This document shows positions 60,313 through 64,000 of a stretch of 64,000 nucleotides of DNA, in pieces. Both the position numbers and the translations under genes were made by a program. Position 1 is the first letter of the stretch. Each line of letters begins with the position of its first letter. This DNA comes from Amoebophrya sp. A120 (taxonomy: Eukaryota; Protista; Dinoflagellata): contig CAJINV010000021.1 of assembly GCA_905178155.1 (NCBI GenBank), positions 44,106 through 108,105 of the forward strand, given 5' to 3'. The notes beneath the pieces were generated by a model. That model was given only the letters and a program-made list of their open reading frames with translations, was not told where the DNA came from and did not search any database.

Positions 60313-60831
60313 GTACAGGTAGAACGTCTTGTACTTGTTCCCCACAACAGCGGGGGGATCGACGAACCCTCGCTGCGGGCTACAGCCTACAGGTAACTCT
60401 GTTGCGGTTGCCCCTCATTACTACGTCTTCGCGCAGTGGCTCACTTCTTCTCGTCGAACAGGCGTGGCGTCTGGGCACTCTGGTTACGGACTTCGGTCTC
60501 GACCCTGTTGTCGCTCCAGCGCCACAAACCCAAAAAACTCCAGTCCCCGAGCCCAGTCCCTTAACAGGTCCAGAGAGCCACTGAGCACGCAGCAGCTGGG
60601 TCGAATGGGGTGATCGCAGTACAGACTCGGTGTCGGGCCTTGAGCGGTAGAAGGAAGACAACGAGTGGCACTGAAGTCCTAGGTTATGCACACCCGGAAG
60701 GGCTATTTGTCCACTTTTACAGATCTACTATCCGCTCGGCTTGTCGGCACCAAAAATAAGTCCTATAGTTAAGCTTAAGAAAGAAGTAGCTTAGTAGATA
60801 GAAGCTTACTATAGAGGTTTCCTCCTCCTCC
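60313..60831 (+). mobile_element. ~520-bp insertion with 19-bp TSD and (CCT)n tail; looks like a 5'-truncated non-LTR retroelement
   Basis: TTAAGTGAGTTAGTTG(T/C)AG at 60294..60312 and 60832..60850. Confidence 0.6.
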
Positions 60832-61151
60832 TTAAGTGAGTTAGTTGCAGTTCTAGTTGTTATGAAAGCAGCACTAAGCTTCATTTTTAGTCGACTGTAT
60901 CAAGTATGTGATTCCATTGTTTTGTTTAGTTTTGATTTTGCTGCACCCATTTCGACTTCCTTTTTTTTACAATTCATTGAAACTGCTGATTTTATGAACG
61001 ATCGACAGCTAGAAAACAATAACAAACGTTAAGATTCCTATATCGTCTTTCTTTCCTCCATCAGTCCCAGTGTGTAGTACAACAACAACTGCCTTCTAGA
61101 AAAATGGCAACATCTCGAGGACGAGGACGTCGACGTACTTTTTTCGGGAAG

Positions 61152-64000
61152 ATGATCGCGACAGTTTGTGCTCTCCTCGTTCTAACCGCCCAAATCGCGG
61201 ACCAATCTATAATCGCAGCGACAAAGTTGGCGGGTGCGAATGTTCCTGGTCGTGATTGTCGCAGTCATGGAGATCACGATGCCCCTTTGTCAACCTCTGG
61301 TGGTCTTGCAGTTGCAGATGCTTTTGACATCGAAGAACTCTCCTGGACGAGGAAGACATCATCTTCAAGCAAAGAAGATCCAAATAAAGTCGACACAACT
61401 CTACTTGCGCACAACCTTGCCTTTTTGACAAAGTCCGACTGCCGCGCCGTTCGAACCACCTCCAAGCAGATTGAAGAATGCGGAAAGCTGGAGGACAAAC
61501 GTGTGGAAGCGGCTTGGCAGGAGGTGTTAGCGACGGAGGAGAAGTTGCGGAGACAGCAGTTGCCCGCACTGAAACTGGCTTTCGAGAAACTTTTTAAGGA
61601 GAGAAGGCAGCTGGAGAAAGTGGCAGGACTGAACAAGACGTTCTTCCGCCCCGAGCTCCGGGAAATCGGCGAGGAGATCCTCGCGAAGGCGGAGAGGCTG
61701 ACCACTTTGGTCTGGAAGTTTGTTGACTCCGAGGAGCAGGGCGATCGAGAGTTTCAGACGATGCTGGACCAGAAGATTGATGTCGAACCAGGAGCGGTCT
61801 CTCGTCCCCAAAAATCGTTTAAGGACACTACTGGTAAAATAAACCCAGCCTACCTGCAAGAAGAACGAAATAAACGCGGCAGAGAACCACGCAGCCGCAA
61901 GAACTTTATCCGGGTGCGCGACTCGATGTTTAAGCATTTGAAGACAGCCAGTCTTGAGTTCCTGCAAATCGCTGCGGAATTTCACGACGAACAGAAAACA
62001 GCAGAAGCCGATGAGAAACGAAGATTACAGAAGGAGCATGATTTAGCCGATCTGGAATATGTTGGAGCAAGAACGCGACGAGCAGCTGCAGGATGCGATA
62101 ACGAACCAGCAACAGGTAGTACTAGTTCAGCACCTGGTGCTGCGACTACTTCCTTGCAAGAACAGGAGACTAGCGGTGCTGCGCCTCATGCGCCAGCTGA
62201 TGTTTTACTTTCACATGGGGGTCGTCGTTCTTGTGGTCCCCCGACGAGCTTGGACGAGCTTTTTATCGCGGACGAGCTCGGACGCCGAGTGGGCACAACA
62301 AGTGCCCCGCATAACGCGGACGATCACGATTTGGCCCCGCTTTGTTCATCTCCGAAGACGTCGACCATATTGGAGGCCCGGAGCGCCGCCGGAAAGAATT
62401 TCAGGCGATCTAAATATTTTCACAAGGACACCACAACGAGAACCTCTAGTACTGCTAGCACAGCTCCGTCGTTGTACGATCCTCTGCAGGAGTCTCAAAA
62501 GCTGGCCAAACAGCTGCAGATTTACGGGGCGGTGATCGCAACGGCGTTTGTCTACCGTTGGATCACAGACCCAGAGAACCGGTCGGACGTGATTTCCTTG
62601 CGGAAAGACAAAAAGGAATTCGAGACGGTGCAGGAACTTTTGTCCCTGCTGAGGATCGAACTCCCGGAGGAGAAGAGGAATGGCGCAACTGCTCGGCAGG
62701 ACGACCTGCGAAATAGCAAATACTGGTTTTCGGCGGATGCGGTTTCACAGGTGGAAACAAGGATGTTTCATGTCAACAACTTGAAGTTGTTAAAACACTT
62801 GCAACAGCGAGGTTACCTCGGTGGACATCATGATGGAAATGAAATCACAGCGAAACAAGGAACGGCAAGTAGTAACCGGAGCCTCATTTCTCCATTCCAC
62901 CTGACGAAGACGCTCCTTTTGGAACGCACGATTTTAGAATTCCCCGTGGACTACAGTATATCGGGACGGGATACCTATTCCTCAGCCAACGGGCAGCAGC
63001 TCTCCGAGGCCGATTTGGCGCTGGATGTCGGCGGGTACGCGGTGAGTGCGCAAGTCTTGATGCGGAAGTGGGAAATCGAAAAGAAACGGCTACAGCGGGA
63101 AGAGCTCGCACAGAGACGGACGTTGCACGGGGATGTTGAACAAGATGATTTTCATGCCGCGGAAGATGCAGTGGCGGGAGAAATTCTAAAAGCGCCTATG
63201 ACGACGTCGACCCAAGTAGAAGAGCATTACCTGAAGCATCCTCTGCTGTTTGAGCTCGAAGAGGCGGTTGCGATGCTCGGAGCGTTTGAGGTAAAAGACC
63301 TTGTTGGCAATAAATCTAAAGGCAGCATGTCCTCGTCCTCCGTCCTCGGCCGCGCTGCAGGAATGAGACCACAAAGGACATCAAGAGCAGCTCCTCCACC
63401 GATGATTGCCGTCACCAACCGAGATTACCACAACTGGCTCCTTCTCACGATGCGCGCCGCCTTCCCCCCTGACCTCGAGCGCACTTTCAAGCGGCGGAGG
63501 TTTCCGGGGCGAAAGAATCCAGACGGGTATCCGGCGATCTTAGTCGGGCGGCAATTGGTGGCACGCAGACTGATTCAAGTCGCGAATTTTGAGGCGGAGC
63601 AGGCGGTACTGTTGATGAGACCAAGTGATGTTGGCACCATCTCCATGCCGGAGATAATTTCTCCCTTCCTGAAGGAGCTGCTGGAAAGTTTGGTGCTCGG
63701 ACGGGTTGGCAGGCGAGAAGATTGGAGGATGGACAAAAGCTACACCGTCCGTGAGCAACTGCAGCGGGCGATGCTGTCGGAGTTTCTCGGGAAGGAGAAA
63801 ATGCACGCGTTTGGTGCGTCGGGGTACTTGGTTTTCGAGATTCTGAACGGCCTGCACAAAAAACAATTCGAGCTGGTGGAAGTTGTTGTCGACGACGCAG
63901 TTGTAGAGATGACGAGTGCTGCAGCAGCCGGAGTTTATCCTCGTGGTGCTTCAGCATCCTCGAAGACCATCTCTGGAAAAGAAGCTGCTGGCAGAACTAA
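61152..64000 (+). CDS. Large hypothetical protein with signal peptide, 3'-partial (>949 aa)
   Basis: MIATVCALLVLTAQIA...; the frame stays open to the window end, so it is absent from the ORF track; no domain recognised. Confidence 0.75.
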   Translation, partial: MIATVCALLVLTAQIADQSIIAATKLAGANVPGRDCRSHGDHDAPLSTSGGLAVADAFDIEELSWTRKTSSSSKEDPNKVDTTLLAHNLAFLTKSDCRAVRTTSKQIEECGKLEDKRVEAAWQEVLATEEKLRRQQLPALKLAFEKLFKERRQLEKVAGLNKTFFRPELREIGEEILAKAERLTTLVWKFVDSEEQGDREFQTMLDQKIDVEPGAVSRPQKSFKDTTGKINPAYLQEERNKRGREPRSRKNFIRVRDSMFKHLKTASLEFLQIAAEFHDEQKTAEADEKRRLQKEHDLADLEYVGARTRRAAAGCDNEPATGSTSSAPGAATTSLQEQETSGAAPHAPADVLLSHGGRRSCGPPTSLDELFIADELGRRVGTTSAPHNADDHDLAPLCSSPKTSTILEARSAAGKNFRRSKYFHKDTTTRTSSTASTAPSLYDPLQESQKLAKQLQIYGAVIATAFVYRWITDPENRSDVISLRKDKKEFETVQELLSLLRIELPEEKRNGATARQDDLRNSKYWFSADAVSQVETRMFHVNNLKLLKHLQQRGYLGGHHDGNEITAKQGTASSNRSLISPFHLTKTLLLERTILEFPVDYSISGRDTYSSANGQQLSEADLALDVGGYAVSAQVLMRKWEIEKKRLQREELAQRRTLHGDVEQDDFHAAEDAVAGEILKAPMTTSTQVEEHYLKHPLLFELEEAVAMLGAFEVKDLVGNKSKGSMSSSSVLGRAAGMRPQRTSRAAPPPMIAVTNRDYHNWLLLTMRAAFPPDLERTFKRRRFPGRKNPDGYPAILVGRQLVARRLIQVANFEAEQAVLLMRPSDVGTISMPEIISPFLKELLESLVLGRVGRREDWRMDKSYTVREQLQRAMLSEFLGKEKMHAFGASGYLVFEILNGLHKKQFELVEVVVDDAVVEMTSAAAAGVYPRGASASSKTISGKEAAGRT

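Overview
Eukaryotic genomic DNA, most likely from a parasitic dinoflagellate (Amoebophrya-like Syndiniales). This is inferred from the co-oriented genes, a dinoflagellate spliced-leader relic and the intron type; no database search was run. About 13 protein-coding genes, all on the + strand, were rebuilt by hand: a mucin-like membrane protein (partial), two hypothetical proteins, a HIT/HINT hydrolase, two SAM-dependent methyltransferase-like proteins, GT34-like and GT2-like glycosyltransferases, a DUF2252 kinase-like protein, an ATP4/ENA-like P-type ATPase, an ER-type ankyrin-like protein, a ricin+discoidin (CCp-like) protein and a large partial ORF. The transcribed regions carry about 40 MITE-like introner insertions, mostly 125-360 bp, from at least 6 TIR families. 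Nearly all have TA...TA ends and a 5-bp target duplication (TSD), and removing element plus 5 nt restores the reading frame without GT-AG. Main observations: (1) a single splice register (-1/+4) fits the informative elements; (2) an 8-mer GCATNACA/TGTNATGC is shared by unrelated families; (3) a 2.36-kb insertion that starts exactly with the dinoflagellate spliced-leader 3' end and has a 15-bp TSD is nested inside an introner; (4) several larger insertions are flanked by 48-84-bp duplications that regenerate a splice acceptor or start codon. Coordinates were counted by hand and may be off by a few nt.
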